The notes beneath the pieces were generated by a model that saw nothing but the letters and a program-made list of their open reading frames with translations, was not told the DNA's origin and did no database searches. Both the position numbers and the translations under genes were made by a program. 64,000 nucleotides of DNA from Felis catus. Its lineage: Eukaryota. Below are positions 25,786-38,093 of this stretch, piece by piece (within the stretch, counting starts at the first letter, position 1; every line of letters starts with the position of its first letter). The stretch covers positions 221,466,001 through 221,530,000 of the forward strand of contig NC_058368.1 of the NCBI RefSeq assembly GCF_018350175.1. The letters are read 5' to 3'.

Positions 25786-25841
25786 TCTCTGGCATTTATG
25801 AAACATTGGATGTTATGTGGTAAAATACAAGATGTAAGTTT

Positions 25842-25931
25842 TTAGGGTATTTCTTTTTCTTAGGGTATTTCTTTTTCTTAGCTGTGTTTGTGATTTCTTA
25901 GGGTATTTCTTTTTCTTAGCTGTGTTTGTGA
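25842..25931. repeat. Nested tandem duplication A-A-B-A-B
   Basis: A=ttagggtatttctttttc x3, B=ttagctgtgtttgtga x2. Confidence 0.9.
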
Positions 25932-25999
25932 CTAATTTTTCCAGGAATCTAGATAAAATATTAAATTATATGTTTAAAATTTTTACTTAAGCTAATATT

Positions 26000-26225
26000 T
26001 ACTTTTTATTTAATGCAGGTTTTTTGTTTGTTTTGTTTTGAGAGAGAGATAGAGAGAGAGAAAGTGGGGCAGGGGCAGAGAGAGAGGGAGACACAGAATC
26101 TGAAGCAGGCTCTAGGCTCTGAGCTGTCAACACAGAGCCCAAATTGGGGCTTGAACCCACAAACCAAAAGATCATGACCTGAGCTGAAGTCAGACGCTTA
26201 ACCAACTGAGCCACCCAGGTACTGC
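26000..26225 (-). mobile_element. Can-SINE
   Basis: Full body; TSD tacttaa(g/a)ctaa. Confidence 0.93.
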
Positions 26226-27344
26226 TACTTAAACTAACTTTAAAAATACTTCATAAGCACATCAAATATTTCAATAAAATTTCTCTGAAACTTTTTAATC
26301 ACAAAAAAGATATTGACCCAGCTATTCCTGTATGTCTTCAAATGGAGGAACATTAGCTGAGGAGCAGCCACGTTTCCCTGCATACATGTTCTATGTGCTC
26401 TTTGGGAGGTCAAGATAAAAAGATTAAAAATATTTTCAGGGAGGAATTTACAATCCCGTGAAGTGGCTATATCAGACAATCACATGTTTTTGATGTCGGG
26501 TAAATTTAACTCAATTTAAGTAGAATTGCAGTGTATTTATTTACGTTTTCCATAAAATCTACCTAATACCCCATTCTGAATCGATATGTTTAATTACATA
26601 AATTCAATTTTGGCTGTTTTTTGAGCTGTTTCTGTCATATAAATGCATAACTGATATCAGACTCTTGGTACCACTATGAAGTGGGCAGATTGCCACTTTC
26701 ACCTTATAAAAATGTTGGGTGTTGAGAAAAAATATTCATATAATTCTTATTAATCCAAATAAGTAGAGCATTATAATTGGTTAAAATTGGATATAGGGCA
26801 GATACCTCTTTGTAACAAATAAAAAACACTGCACACTTGAATTCCAATTTTCAATTTTTCCATTAATGCAAAAATTTTAATTAAATTTTGGACTATGGGG
26901 CATTGACCATGAGGACAAAAATAATTGAAAGAGTTTATATCTGTGTCTCCATTATACTTGCATATAAAATTATAAATAATGTTATTACCATCAGTAGTAA
27001 ATTAATTAAAATGGTGTAGCCTGCCGGTAATATAAATCAAAGATCCTTTTCAAATATTAGTTGGATAAGATTGACATTAAATTGAATCTGTTTATTTTTT
27101 GGAAATGTATTGGACTTCAACCAATGATTTTCAAGATTTATTGCTATTTATATCTTAGAAACCAAGTATATTTCTGAATCACTTAGCGGATGCAGAAGGA
27201 AAAGAACATATTATGTTTTTAGAGAAAATGATTTATTTTCTAAAACTGTGCTCTTACTAAGTTAGATAAAGGGACTGATATTTTATAGATCACGATCATA
27301 GATTTATGCATGAACAGAAGTGATCTGAGAACACTCTAGTAAAA

Positions 27345-27345
<1 letters not shown>

Positions 27346-27390
<45 letters not shown>
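27346..27390. repeat. (TA)n microsatellite
   Basis: Direct reading. Confidence 0.95.
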
Positions 27391-27393
<3 letters not shown>

Positions 27394-27849
27394 CAAATGT
27401 AGCCTAATGAACAATCAATAAGTCAGTAAGTATGCTTGGAACCTACAAGGTACCAGTGGAGGGTCCTTTTCTGGACAAAGGTCTCCTTTGACTCTGTGAC
27501 AGCCTTTTCCCATTTTTCTCTTTTCCTGCCACTCAGGAGGCAATTCTTCGTAAGAGTCCTACTCCAGTCCCTCTTCCTTTATGCCGGACAGACTCAGACT
27601 TTCTCTTCTTATACTGCATGGTGTAACTCTGACGGACCTAATTTATCCCATGGCTTTAGAATGATACCTCCTGCTCACGTTCCACCTGGCAATACCTACT
27701 GCCTCCACTTGCACATCACAGAAGGACCTCAGTGTCAGCATGCCCAAAATCCAAGCCTCGTACTTTAAGCCAGACGTGCTCCATCAGTGTTCCCTGCTTC
27801 AGTTTGTGGCACTCCCATCCACTTGGTTTCTCATTCCGTAAAACCTGGA

Positions 27850-28100
27850 GGCAGTGTTTAAGGGATACGTTCTAGAGCCAAACCACTAGACTTTGAGTAC
27901 CAGATCTACTAAATGGCAGAGTGACTAATGATACTTCGGGCAAGTTATTTCATATCTCTGCACTTCACTATCTGTGGTATTGGAGTAATGACAGTGCCAC
28001 TTTGTAAGGTTATTGCAAGACGTAAATGAACTAATAAATGAGAAGCCCTTCAAATACTGATAGGTATTAACAAGTGCTATATGAGTGTTACCTATTTCTG
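27850..28100 (+). mobile_element. MIR inside L2
   Basis: ttctagagccaaac...cttcgggcaagttatttcatatctctg...aaggttattgcaag...aagtgctatatgagtgttacctatt. Confidence 0.75.
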
Positions 28101-28348
28101 TTATGATTTTTCTTTTACTTTATCTTCTTCACCCAGGCCCTTCATATTCGACAGTCACTAACTACTCATATTACCTAACATGAAAATATCTTCTATTTCT
28201 ATTCTCTTCGTTTTCACCATATTGCCCGAATTCTCGGATAGTCCAGCTGCAGATATACTCATATCACTCACCTGCTTGATAGTGCTTAATAGCTTCCCAG
28301 TATTCTTAGGAAACATATGAAAATATTCAATAATGTAAGAACCTTGCT

Positions 28349-28417
28349 GTTCTCACTTTGGCAGCACGTATACTAAAATTCGGGCAATACAGAGAAGATT
28401 AGCATGCAGGAGGATGA
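28349..28417 (+). pseudogene. 3'-truncated U6 snRNA retropseudogene
   Basis: gttctcactttggcagcacgtatactaaaattcgggcaatacagagaagattagcatg aligns to U6 nt 1-58 incl. ACAGAGA box, then aggatga; TSD at(a/g)atgtaa..ccttgct. Confidence 0.9.
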
Positions 28418-29298
28418 TGTAAAGCCTTGCTGACCAGCCTTGCCTCAGTCTCTCGTTCCTCTTCAATATCTATCCATCACTTGTTGCTCACTAAGCTCTT
28501 TACTCCACACACCTTCCAATTCCACTAAGGAGCTAAGCTTCTCCTTATAAAGTCCTATTGACTCTTCAGGTCTCAACTTAAATGTGATCCTTCCTGGGCG
28601 CATCCCTAAATACCCCCCTCTCTCAGCAGACTTGCTGCCTACACTCACATGGACATTATATACTTTCCCTTCTAAGATGTTACCACTATTTTAATTAAGT
28701 ATTTAATTGTGTGACGTTTTGTTCACATCTGCCTCAAAGGTAAGGTCAATGACAAAGAGAATCATGCCATTGGATATATCACTCTATCCTTACCAGCTGG
28801 CATGTTGCTTGCTTCACCATAGTAGATGTTCCATAAATATGTATTCTGTTAAGGAATACATGTCTGGCACTATGCCTTGCTCTCATGGAGATCATAGTTT
28901 AATGTGGGAGCACAGATTGAGCAAAAACAAGTCTGAGAAGCGTTATGAAGTATACAAAGTGTCATGTTGCCTACTAGGGGGCAATCCCTAACTTCATGTG
29001 GGTTGATAAAGCCTACATAAGAAAGCTCTGTGCTTTCAAGCTGAGATTAAAGGTGAGAAAGACCTGGCTGGGTGCAAGTGCTGGAGAGTGAGGAGGGCAG
29101 GCTGAAGGAACAGCACCTGCAAACTCTCTGCAGCAGGAGAAAGTACGATCTGTATAGGACAGGTGTCCATGAATTGGCAGCCAGTTCGTGGGATGATGTA
29201 AGTTTGCATGGAGAACATGTCCTTGATGACCTGTGTGTTCTAACCCTGGAAGGCTCTCCCAAAAACATTCTGTTCTGATCAAGACTTTTGGGACTTTT

Positions 29299-29374
29299 GT
29301 CAGTCAGAGAAAGACAGATACCATACCATGTGATTTCACTCATATGTAGAATTTAAGAAAATAGATGAGCAAAG

Positions 29375-29430
<56 letters not shown>

Positions 29431-29650
29431 CCAGAAACTGACTTGTAACTATAGAAAACAAACTGATGGATGCCAGAGGGGAAGTGGGCAGAGGGAATGA
29501 GTGAAGTAGGCAATGAGGATTAAGAGTACACTTACCATGATGAGCACGGAGTAATGCATCGAATTGTCAAATCACTGTATTGTCTACCTGAAACTAATAT
29601 AATGCTATATGTATGTTAACTACACTGGAATTAAAATTAACATTTTTAAA
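29299..29650 (+). mobile_element. 5'-truncated carnivore L1 (ORF2 end + 3'UTR) with internal (GA)n
   Basis: gtcagagaaagacagataccat...cacctg-like 3'UTR motifs; TSD aagacttttg(g/t)gacttt at 29281 and 29651. Confidence 0.92.
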
Positions 29651-31241
29651 AAGACTTTTGTGACTTTCTGACTCCTCTGAGATAAGAGGTGAGAATTTAA
29701 TTCACATAATGGCATGTTGGGGACTTAAGATTTGATCCAATTTTAATAAAAATAATAACAGTAATAAAGAAATATGTTGATTTTTGCTGTAAATACGTAG
29801 AATAAGATTCTTAGCTTAAATATGCACACACATGCACGCACAAATACACATAGACATACACTCATATGCAGAGAATGATCTAAAAAATACATACCAAAAT
29901 ATGATTGGACATATGTGAAACTAGACCGATAAGTCTTTTCTTTATATAACTCTTTACGCCTCTCTCTTGTTTGAAATTATCCATCCAGCATAACTTTTGG
30001 CATTACTTGTGTGATCAAAACTTTAAAAATTAATCAAATACTAAGCAGAAATATGCATTTAATTTAACATACATAGTGGGATTAGTGTGCTGGAGTGTGA
30101 AAAATATATCTGTAGCTGAGAAATCATCACATGTTTATCTTGGATAAAGGTAATGTAGGACAAGAGCATGACACTAGAATTATGAGCAGAGAGTTGTATG
30201 ATTTTAATCACTAATATTTAAGCCTTGGTTTTCTACACCGATACATATGTATGTTTCTCTGCTTCAAGCCATCTCCATTAGCCATGCAAAGGGGTGAAAG
30301 TTCCAGGGATTTGTTTGGCAACATGTTTCTGAAAGGCCATTTGGTGCAGCTGCCTTCCATTTGTTTCATCAAGAGACTAAGCAAAACTAAAGTAGTTCTT
30401 CATGATGAACTGGCAGGAAAGTGCCAAGATCATTTTATTGCTTAACGACTTGGCAGGAGGAAATGTTAAAATATTACAATCTCTCATATCTATGAACTGA
30501 AAGAGGCTTTCAACGGAGAGCTCTCAAGCTCACACGTGATTAAGATGCGGCCACATGGCCTTGGCTTATATTTCGGACTGATGGGAGGAAGACAGAGAAT
30601 GTGGATACTTTTAAATATATTAACAGTAATTTCTTAGGAATCTTTTGCTGGTTTAAGCCAAATGCTAATCTGAGAAATTAAGCCGTCTCCATTTTGATGT
30701 TGATAAGCACTGCAGTCCTCATGGATCAATGGGATTTCCTTTGCATTTGGAAAAGAGGGCAACATTTATTGAGAAATTGTGTGCCGAGTAAAATCCTGAG
30801 ATAAACAACTTTATAGAAGGCAAACTGACAGTTTACCATACATTTCCAGAACATAAAGAGCTGTTGTGGTTTGCTTTCTCTTTGTGCAAATTGTGGGATG
30901 GATGAAAGTGACACAGAGTGATGACACCAGCTCAATGGAATCATGATGTAGGCAATTACTGCAGATGCCTCATCACACAGTTGTGCAACACACACGCTTC
31001 CTGCAGACTTCCTACAGTGGAAACACCCAGGCTCTTCTTAACTATTGATGCTAATTTTGCCAATTATTTCGTGGCTTTCTGCTTTGAATACTCACTTATA
31101 AAAGAGCATAGATTAACTGGTCAGTGCACTCCTTTCGTTGTAGTTTAATATGAAGATTACTTTGATAACTACATAAATTGTAAGGATTGAATTAATAAAT
31201 CACAGTGTTGTTCACCCTCCAGAATTATTATTAATAGTAGC

Positions 31242-31286
31242 ATTATTGTTTATTATTATTATTATTATTATTATTATTGTTATTAT
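31242..31286. repeat. (ATT)n microsatellite
   Basis: Direct reading. Confidence 0.9.
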
Positions 31287-31952
31287 TTTAATGAAGGGAA
31301 GTAATACTAGGGGAAAAATAGATGACACCAGATTCTGCCAAAACTTCAAATTTTGGAAAGAAAAGTTGTAAAAGAGTATCTGCTTACCTATTTTGTCTGT
31401 AGGATTTAGTTTGTGATTGATATCAACATGAGCAACATTGGTTAATTGACAAGATTTCCATTTATATCTAGTCTCTCTGTGTGCATAGATGCATCTTACA
31501 TATTTACGTTAATAATGGAAAATATAAATAAGGGATCTGTCATGTCAAAAATTGGAGAGGAATAAATTGACAGTGAAACAAGATATCAAATTGCAGCTTT
31601 TGTCTGCATGGGTATTAAAATTCAGCTATTGTTGAAATGGTTCAAAATCTGTTTGATCTTACTCATATTCAAGCATGCTTTTGCTGTGTTAAAATTAAAC
31701 TTAATTTTATTTTATTTGTTTATTTATTTTCAATATATGAAATTTATTGTCAAATTGGTTTCCATACAACACTCAGTGCTCATCCCAAAAGGTGCCCTCC
31801 TCAATACCCATCACCCACCCTCCCCTCCCTCCCATCCCCATCCACCCTCAGTTTGTTCTCAGTTTTTAAGAGTCTCTTATGCTTTGGCTCTCTCCCACTC
31901 TAACCTCTTTTTTTTTTTCCTTCCACTTCCCCATGGGTTTCTGTTAAGTTTC

Positions 31953-34937
31953 TCAGGATCCACATAAGAGTGAAACCATATGGTATCTGTCTTTCTCTGT
32001 ATGGCTTATTTCACTTAGCATCACACTCTCCAGTTCCATCCACGTTGCTACAAAGGACCATATTTCATTCTTTCTCATTGCCATGTAGTACTCCATTGTG
32101 TATATAAATCACATTTTTTTTTATCCATTCATCAGTTGATGGACATTTAGGCTCTTTCCATAATTTGGCTATTGTTGAGAGTGTTGCTATAAACATTGGG
32201 GTACAAGTGCCCCTATGCATCAGTACTCCTCTATCCCTTGGGTAAATTCCTAGCAGCGCTATTGGTGGGTCATAGGGTAGGTCTATTTTTAATTTTTTGA
32301 GGAACCTCCACACTGTTTTCCAGAGTAGCTGCACCAATTTGCATTCCCACCAACAGTGCAAGAGGGTTCCCGTTTCTCCACATCCTCTCCAGCATCTATA
32401 GTCTCCTGATTTGTTCATTTTGGCCACTCTGACTGGCGTGAGGTGATGTCTGAGTGTGGTTTTGATTTGTATTTCCCTGATGAGGAGCGACGTTGAGCAT
32501 CTTTTCATGTACCTGTTGGCCATCCGGATGTCTTCTTTAGAGAAGCGTCTATTCATGTTTTCTGCCCATTTCTTCACTGGGTTATTTGTTTTTCGGGTGT
32601 GGAGTTTGGTGAGCTCTTTATAGATTTTGGATACTAGCCCTTTGTCCGATATGTCGTTTGCAAATATCTTTTCCCATTCCGTTGGTTGCCTTTTAGTTTT
32701 GTTGGTTGTTTCCTTTGCTGTGCAGAAGCTTTTTATCTTCATAAGGTCCCAGTAGTTCATTTTTGTTTTTAATTCCCTTGCCTTTGGGGATGTGTCAAGT
32801 AAGAGATTGCTACGGCTGAGGTCAGAGAGGTCTTTTCCTGCTTTCTCCTCTAGGGTTTTGATGGTTTCCTGTCCACATTCAGGTCCTTTATCCATTTTGA
32901 GTTTATTTTTGTGAATGGTGTGAGAAAGTGGTCTAGTTTCAACCTTCTGCATGTTGCTGTCCAGTTCTCCCACCACCATTTGTTAAAGAGACTGTCTTTT
33001 TTCCATTGGATGTTCTTTCCTGCTTTGTCAAAGATGAGTTGGCCATACGTTTGTGGGTCTAGTTCTGGGGTTTCTATTCTATTCCATTGGTCTATGTGTC
33101 TGTTTTTGTGCCAATACCATGCTGTCTTGATGATGACAGCTTTGTAGTAGAGGCTAAACTCTGGGATTGTGATGCCTCCTGCTTTGGTCTTCTTTAAAAT
33201 TCCTTTGGCTATTCGGGGCCTTTTGTGGTTCCATATGAATTTTAGGATTGCTTGTTCTAGTTTTGAGAAGAATGCTGGTGAAATTTTGATTGGGATTGCA
33301 TTGAATGTGTAGATAGCTTTGGGTAGTATTGACATTTTGACAATACTTATTCTTCCAATCCATGAGCAGGGAATGTCTTTCCATTTCTTTATATCTTCTT
33401 CAATTTCCTTCATAAGCTTTCTATAGTTTTCAGCATACAGATCTTTTACATCTTTGGGTAAAAGATGTAAGGTGGTAAAAGATGAGGGGTGGTTGTAATA
33501 ATTCCATTTTCAGGGGCACGTGGGTGGCGCAGTCGGTTAAGCGTCCGACTTCAGCTAGGTCATGATCTCGCGGTCTGTGAGTTTGAGCCCCGCGTCAGGC
33601 TCTGGGCTGATAGCTCAGAGCCTGGAGCCTGTTTCCGATTCTGTGTCTCCCTCTCTCTATGACCCTCCCCCGTTCATGCTCTGTCTCTCTCTGTCCCAAA
33701 AATAAGTAAACGTTGAAAAAAAATTAAAAAAAAATAATTCCATTTTCATTCATGAATTTATCTATGTGGGTCATTTCCCTTTTCTTTTTGAGAAGCTTGG
33801 CTAGAGGTTTATCAATTTTGTTCATTTTTTCAAAAAATCAACTCTTGGTTTCGTTGATCTGCTCTACAGTTTTTTTTAGATTCTATATTGTTTATTTCTG
33901 CTCTGATCTTTATTTTTTCTCTTCTGCTGCTGGGTTTAGGCTCTCTTTGCTGTTCTGCTTCTATTTCCTTTAGGTGTGCTGTTACATTTTGTATTTGGGA
34001 TTTTGCTTGTTTCTTGAGATAGGCCTGGATTGCAATGTATTTTCCTCTCAGGACTGCCTTCGCTGCATCCCAAAGCGTTTGGATTTGGATTGTTGTATTT
34101 TCATTTTCATTTGTTTCCATATATTTTTTAATTTCTTCTCTAATTGCCTGGTTGACCCATTCATTCTTTAGTAGGGTGTTCTTTAACCTCCATGCTTTTG
34201 GAGGTTTTCCAGACTTTTTCCTGTGGTTGATTTCAAGCCTCATAGCATTGTGGTCTGAAAGTATGCATGGTATGATTTCAATTCTTGTATACTTATGAAG
34301 GGCTGTTTTGTGACCCAGTATATGATCTATCTTGGAGAATGTTCCATGTGTACTCAAGAAGAAAGTATATTCTGTTGCTTTGGTACAGAGTTCTAAATAT
34401 ATCTGTCAAGTCCATCTGATCCAATGTGTCATTCAGGGCCCTTGTTTCTTTATTGACCGTGTGTCTAGATGATCTGTCCATTTCTGTAAGTGGGGTGTTA
34501 AAGTCCCCTGCAATTACCACATTCTTATCAATAAGGTTGCTTATGTTTGTGAGTAATTGTTTTATATATTTGGGGGCTCCTGTATTTGGCGCATAGACAT
34601 TTATAATTGTCAGCTCTTCCTGATGGATAGACCCTGTGATTATTATATAATGCCCTTCTTCATCTCTTCTTACAGCCTTTAATTGAAAGTCTAGTTTGTC
34701 TGATATAAGTATGGCTACTCCAGCTTTCTTTGACTTCCAGTGGCATGATAAATAGTTCTCCATCCCCTCACTCTCAATCTGAAGGTGTCCTCAGGTCTAA
34801 AATGAGTCTCTTGTAGACAGCAAATAGATGGGTCTTGTTTTTTTTTTAATCCATTCTGATACCCTATGTCTTTTGGTTGGCGTATGTAGTCCCTTTAGAT
34901 TCAGTGTTATTATAGAAATATATGGGTTTAGAGTCAT
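31953..34937 (-). pseudogene. Disrupted L1 ORF2 (endonuclease and C-terminal Cys-rich parts retained, RT domain deleted, frameshifts)
   Basis: [69 protein letters not shown]; no RT core between 33457 and 33483. Confidence 0.95.
33513..33732 (+). mobile_element. Young feline Can-SINE inserted in L1 ORF2
   Basis: Full body; perfect 16-bp TSD aataattccattttca (33497, 33733). Confidence 0.97.
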
Positions 34938-34987
34938 TGTGATGTCCGTAGGTTTCATGCTTGTAGCGATGTCTCTGGTACTTTGTC

Positions 34988-35874
34988 TCACAGGATCCCC
35001 CTTAGGATCTCTTGTAGGGCTGGTTTAGTGGTGATGGATTCCTTCAGTTTTTGTTTGTTTGGGAAGACCTTTATCTCTCCTTCTATTCTAAATGACAGAC
35101 TTGCTGGATAAAGGATTCTCAGCTGCATATTTTTTCTGTTGATCACATTGAAGATCTCCTGCCATTCTTTTCCGGCCTGCCAAGTTTCAGTAGAGAGATC
35201 GGTCACAAGTCTTATAGGTCTCCCTTTATATGTTAGAGCACATTTATCTCTAGCTGCTTTCAGAATTTTCTCTTTATCCTTGTATTTTGTCAGTTTCACT
35301 ATGATATGTCGTGCAGAAGATCGATTCAAGTTATGTCTGAGGGGAGTTCTCTGTGCCTCTTGGATTTCAATGCCTTTTTCCTTCCCCAGATCAGGGAAGT
35401 TCTCAGCTATTATTTCTTCAATTACACCTTCAGCACCTTTCCCTCTCTCTTCCTCCTCTGGGATACCAATTATGCATATATTATTTCTCTTTAGTGCATC
35501 ACTTAGTTCTCTAATTTTCCCCTCAATTCCTGGATTTTTTCATCTCTCTTTTTTTCAGCTTCTTTTTCCATAACTTTATCTTCTAGTTCACCTATTCCTT
35601 CCTCTGCCTCTTCAATCTGAGCCGTAGTTGTCTCCATTTTATTTTGCAACTCGTTGATAGCATTTTTTAGCCCCCTCCTGGCTGTTCCTTAGTCCCTTAT
35701 CTATGTAGCAAGAGATTCTCTGTTGTCCTTTATACTGTTTTCAAGCCCAGCGATTAATTTTATGACTATTATTCTAAACTCACTTTCTGTTATATTTAAA
35801 TCGTTTTTGATCAGTTCGTTAGCTGTTGTTATTTCCTGGACGTTTTTCTGAGGGTAATTCTTCCCTTTCTTCAT
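34988..35874 (-). pseudogene. Disrupted L1 ORF1
   Basis: MKKGKNYPQKN...FRIIVIKL; RHIIVKL..KEKILKAAR; ILYPASLSF; TTKPALQEIL; in-frame stop at 35701 and frameshifts. Confidence 0.93.
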
Positions 35875-36776
35875 TTTGGATAGTCCCTGGAGTGGTGCCA
35901 GACTGTGGGGCACTTCCCCTGTGCTGTCTTGAATAACTTGCGTTGGTGGGCGGGGCGCAGTCAGCCCTGATGTCTGCCCCCAGCCCACCGCTGGGGCTAC
36001 AGTCAGACTGGTGTGTGCCTTCTCTTCCCCTGTCCTAGGGGCGGGATTCACTGTGGGGTGGCATGGCCCGTCTGGGCTACTTGCACACTGCCAGGCTTGT
36101 GGTGCTGGGGATCGGGCACATTAGCTGGGGTGGATGGGCAAGGTGCACAGGGGCAGGAGGGGCAGGCTCAGCTCGCTTTTCCTTCAGAGATCCACTTCGG
36201 GAGGGGCCCTGCAGCACTGGGAGGGAGTCAGACCCGTCGCCGGAGGGGTGGCTCCACAGAAGCACAGTGTTGGGTGTTTGCACGGAGCAAGGAAGTTCCC
36301 TGGCAGGAACTAGTTCCCTTTGGGATTTTGGCTGGTGGATGGGGGAGGGAGATGGCGATGGCAAGCGCCTTTGTTCCCAGCCAGACTGAGCTCTGTCATC
36401 TGGGGCTCAACCACTCTCCCTCCCGTTGTCCTTTAGCCCTCCCACTCTCGGAGCAGAGCTGTTAGCTTATAACCTTCCAGATGTCAAGTCCCGCTGGCTG
36501 TCCGAACACACTCCGTCTGGCCTCTCCGCTTTTGCAAGCCAGACTCAGGGGCTCTGCTTGGCCGGAGGGCCGCCCCTCCGCCCTGACTCCCTCCCACCAG
36601 TCCGTGGAGCGCACACGCCTTGCCGCCCTTCCTACCCTCTTCCGTGGGCCTCTCGTCTGCGCTTGGCTCCAGAGACTCCATTCTGCTTGTCTTATGGTGG
36701 TTTTCTGGGTTATTTAGGCAGGTGTGGGTGGAATCTATGTAATCCGCCAGACATGGTGAGCCCAGCATCCTCCTAC

Positions 36777-36787
36777 GCGGCCATCTT
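36777..36787 (-). promoter_or_regulatory. YY1-type site at L1 5' end (internal promoter)
   Basis: AAGATGGCCGC on minus strand about 12 bp from the L1 5' terminus. Confidence 0.7.
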
Positions 36788-36831
36788 CCCAGGATCCTCA
36801 AAACTTAATATTAAAAAAGATTCCATTATTC

Positions 36832-36898
36832 AATAAATAAATAAATAAATAAATAAATAAATACATAAATACATAAATACATAAATACATAAATAAAT
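36832..36898. repeat. (AAAT)n / (AAATACAT)n microsatellite
   Basis: Direct reading. Confidence 0.9.
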
Positions 36899-38093
36899 GG
36901 ATGGATTACCTTGAATTCAAAGATAATGAAGAACTTTTTGCTAAAGAAGAAATACATTTATTTTCATTTTATTTTAATTTCCCCAAGTTTAATTTCTTTT
37001 AAAACATCAATATAGCTACTTCTGGAACAATTTTTAAGAAGGAAAAACAACTACAATTTTCATAACATAAAATTTAAATGAATTTACTTATAAAAAACAT
37101 TTAAATTGTTCAGAATTGGTTGATAAGTATAATTGTTTTTAATCTCCCTATATTTTGTATTATAAAATTAAATATAATGAGGCTTCCATACTTTTCTTCA
37201 TATTTCTCAAATTTTCATACTGCAGATGAGTTACATAAGCCCTTTTGTAAATGAGTAACCTTTAGAACTTATAATTCCTGAGCCAAGCTAAAACACCAAA
37301 TTATTTTGTTTAAATTGTGCATGGAAACAATACAAGACCACAAGCACTATTTTTAGTATTAGAGGACAGGGAAGGTTAAGTTGAATTTAAATAGCAAATA
37401 AAAGTTACCACAAAGGGAGTAAGCTTTTAAAACGTGAAACATCCCTAGCTCTACACCATTTTCATCAACACACATTTCTTTCTTTTTTTTTTTTTAATTT
37501 AAATCTTCACCTTAACAATATCCCTCAAGTACTGTGCTTCTTTAATTCTGTGTTTAAACAAAATTGCTGGTATCTATCAAGATTATAATTTTATGAAATG
37601 AACAGCAGTATATAAAGAGAAATTAAAAAGGTTATTCAGAGAAATTACAGACACATCTCTAACCTAATCTTAATGCAAGTTCATTGCCTGTCCATTGGGC
37701 CCAGTTTTGTTCAAGCAATTATTAGACTGCTTTATTTATAGCACCCGTGTGCCTGTTTTGGGCAATGGGTTCTCAATAAATTACCAAAATAAAATAACAG
37801 CACAAGAACAGACCTTACTTTAAAAATAGATACCACCAATTACAGTGGAAGGAGAATAGTTAGGTGAAGATTTAAATCGCACCAATTGCTCCTGGGAAAT
37901 TGATGGGACAGACTGAGAGGAGCACACACCCATGAATGTGCATGGTTATTTTCCACAATTAAAATCACAAATGTTAAGGGGAACTTATAATAAAGGAGAA
38001 TAGTCATTGAGTCTAATTGTCAGTAATCACTGAGAAATACACAGTAGTATATTTAGTAAATGTCCTGAAGCAACATGCAGACTGCTCAGAGTT

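Larger units (their letters stand above)
27480..28860 (+). mobile_element. L2 3' region interrupted by MIR and U6 retrocopy
   Basis: tcccatggcttta, cagcatgcccaaaa, aaacctggag, tcttcaggtctcaacttaaatgt, catagtagatgttccataaatat. Confidence 0.65.
31706..36799 (-). mobile_element. Feline L1 (L1_Fc-like), 5'-intact, internal ORF2 deletion, SINE inserted
   Basis: GC-rich 5'UTR, ORF1 and ORF2 peptide fragments in ORF track, 3'UTR and A-rich tail; TSD aaacttaat at 31697 and 36801. Confidence 0.97.

Noticed and set aside
25842..25903. Interstitial telomere (three TTAGGG) or CRISPR-like array
   Set aside because: TTAGGG is one hexamer inside a duplicated 18-mer; no unique spacers and mammalian context.
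32065..33413. 304-aa and 187-aa ORFs as host genes
   Set aside because: Frameshifted L1 ORF2 fragments.
36013..36836. Antisense ORFs (150 and 136 aa) as an ORF0 analogue
   Set aside because: Non-ATG starts; GC-rich UTR yields long stop-free frames by chance.
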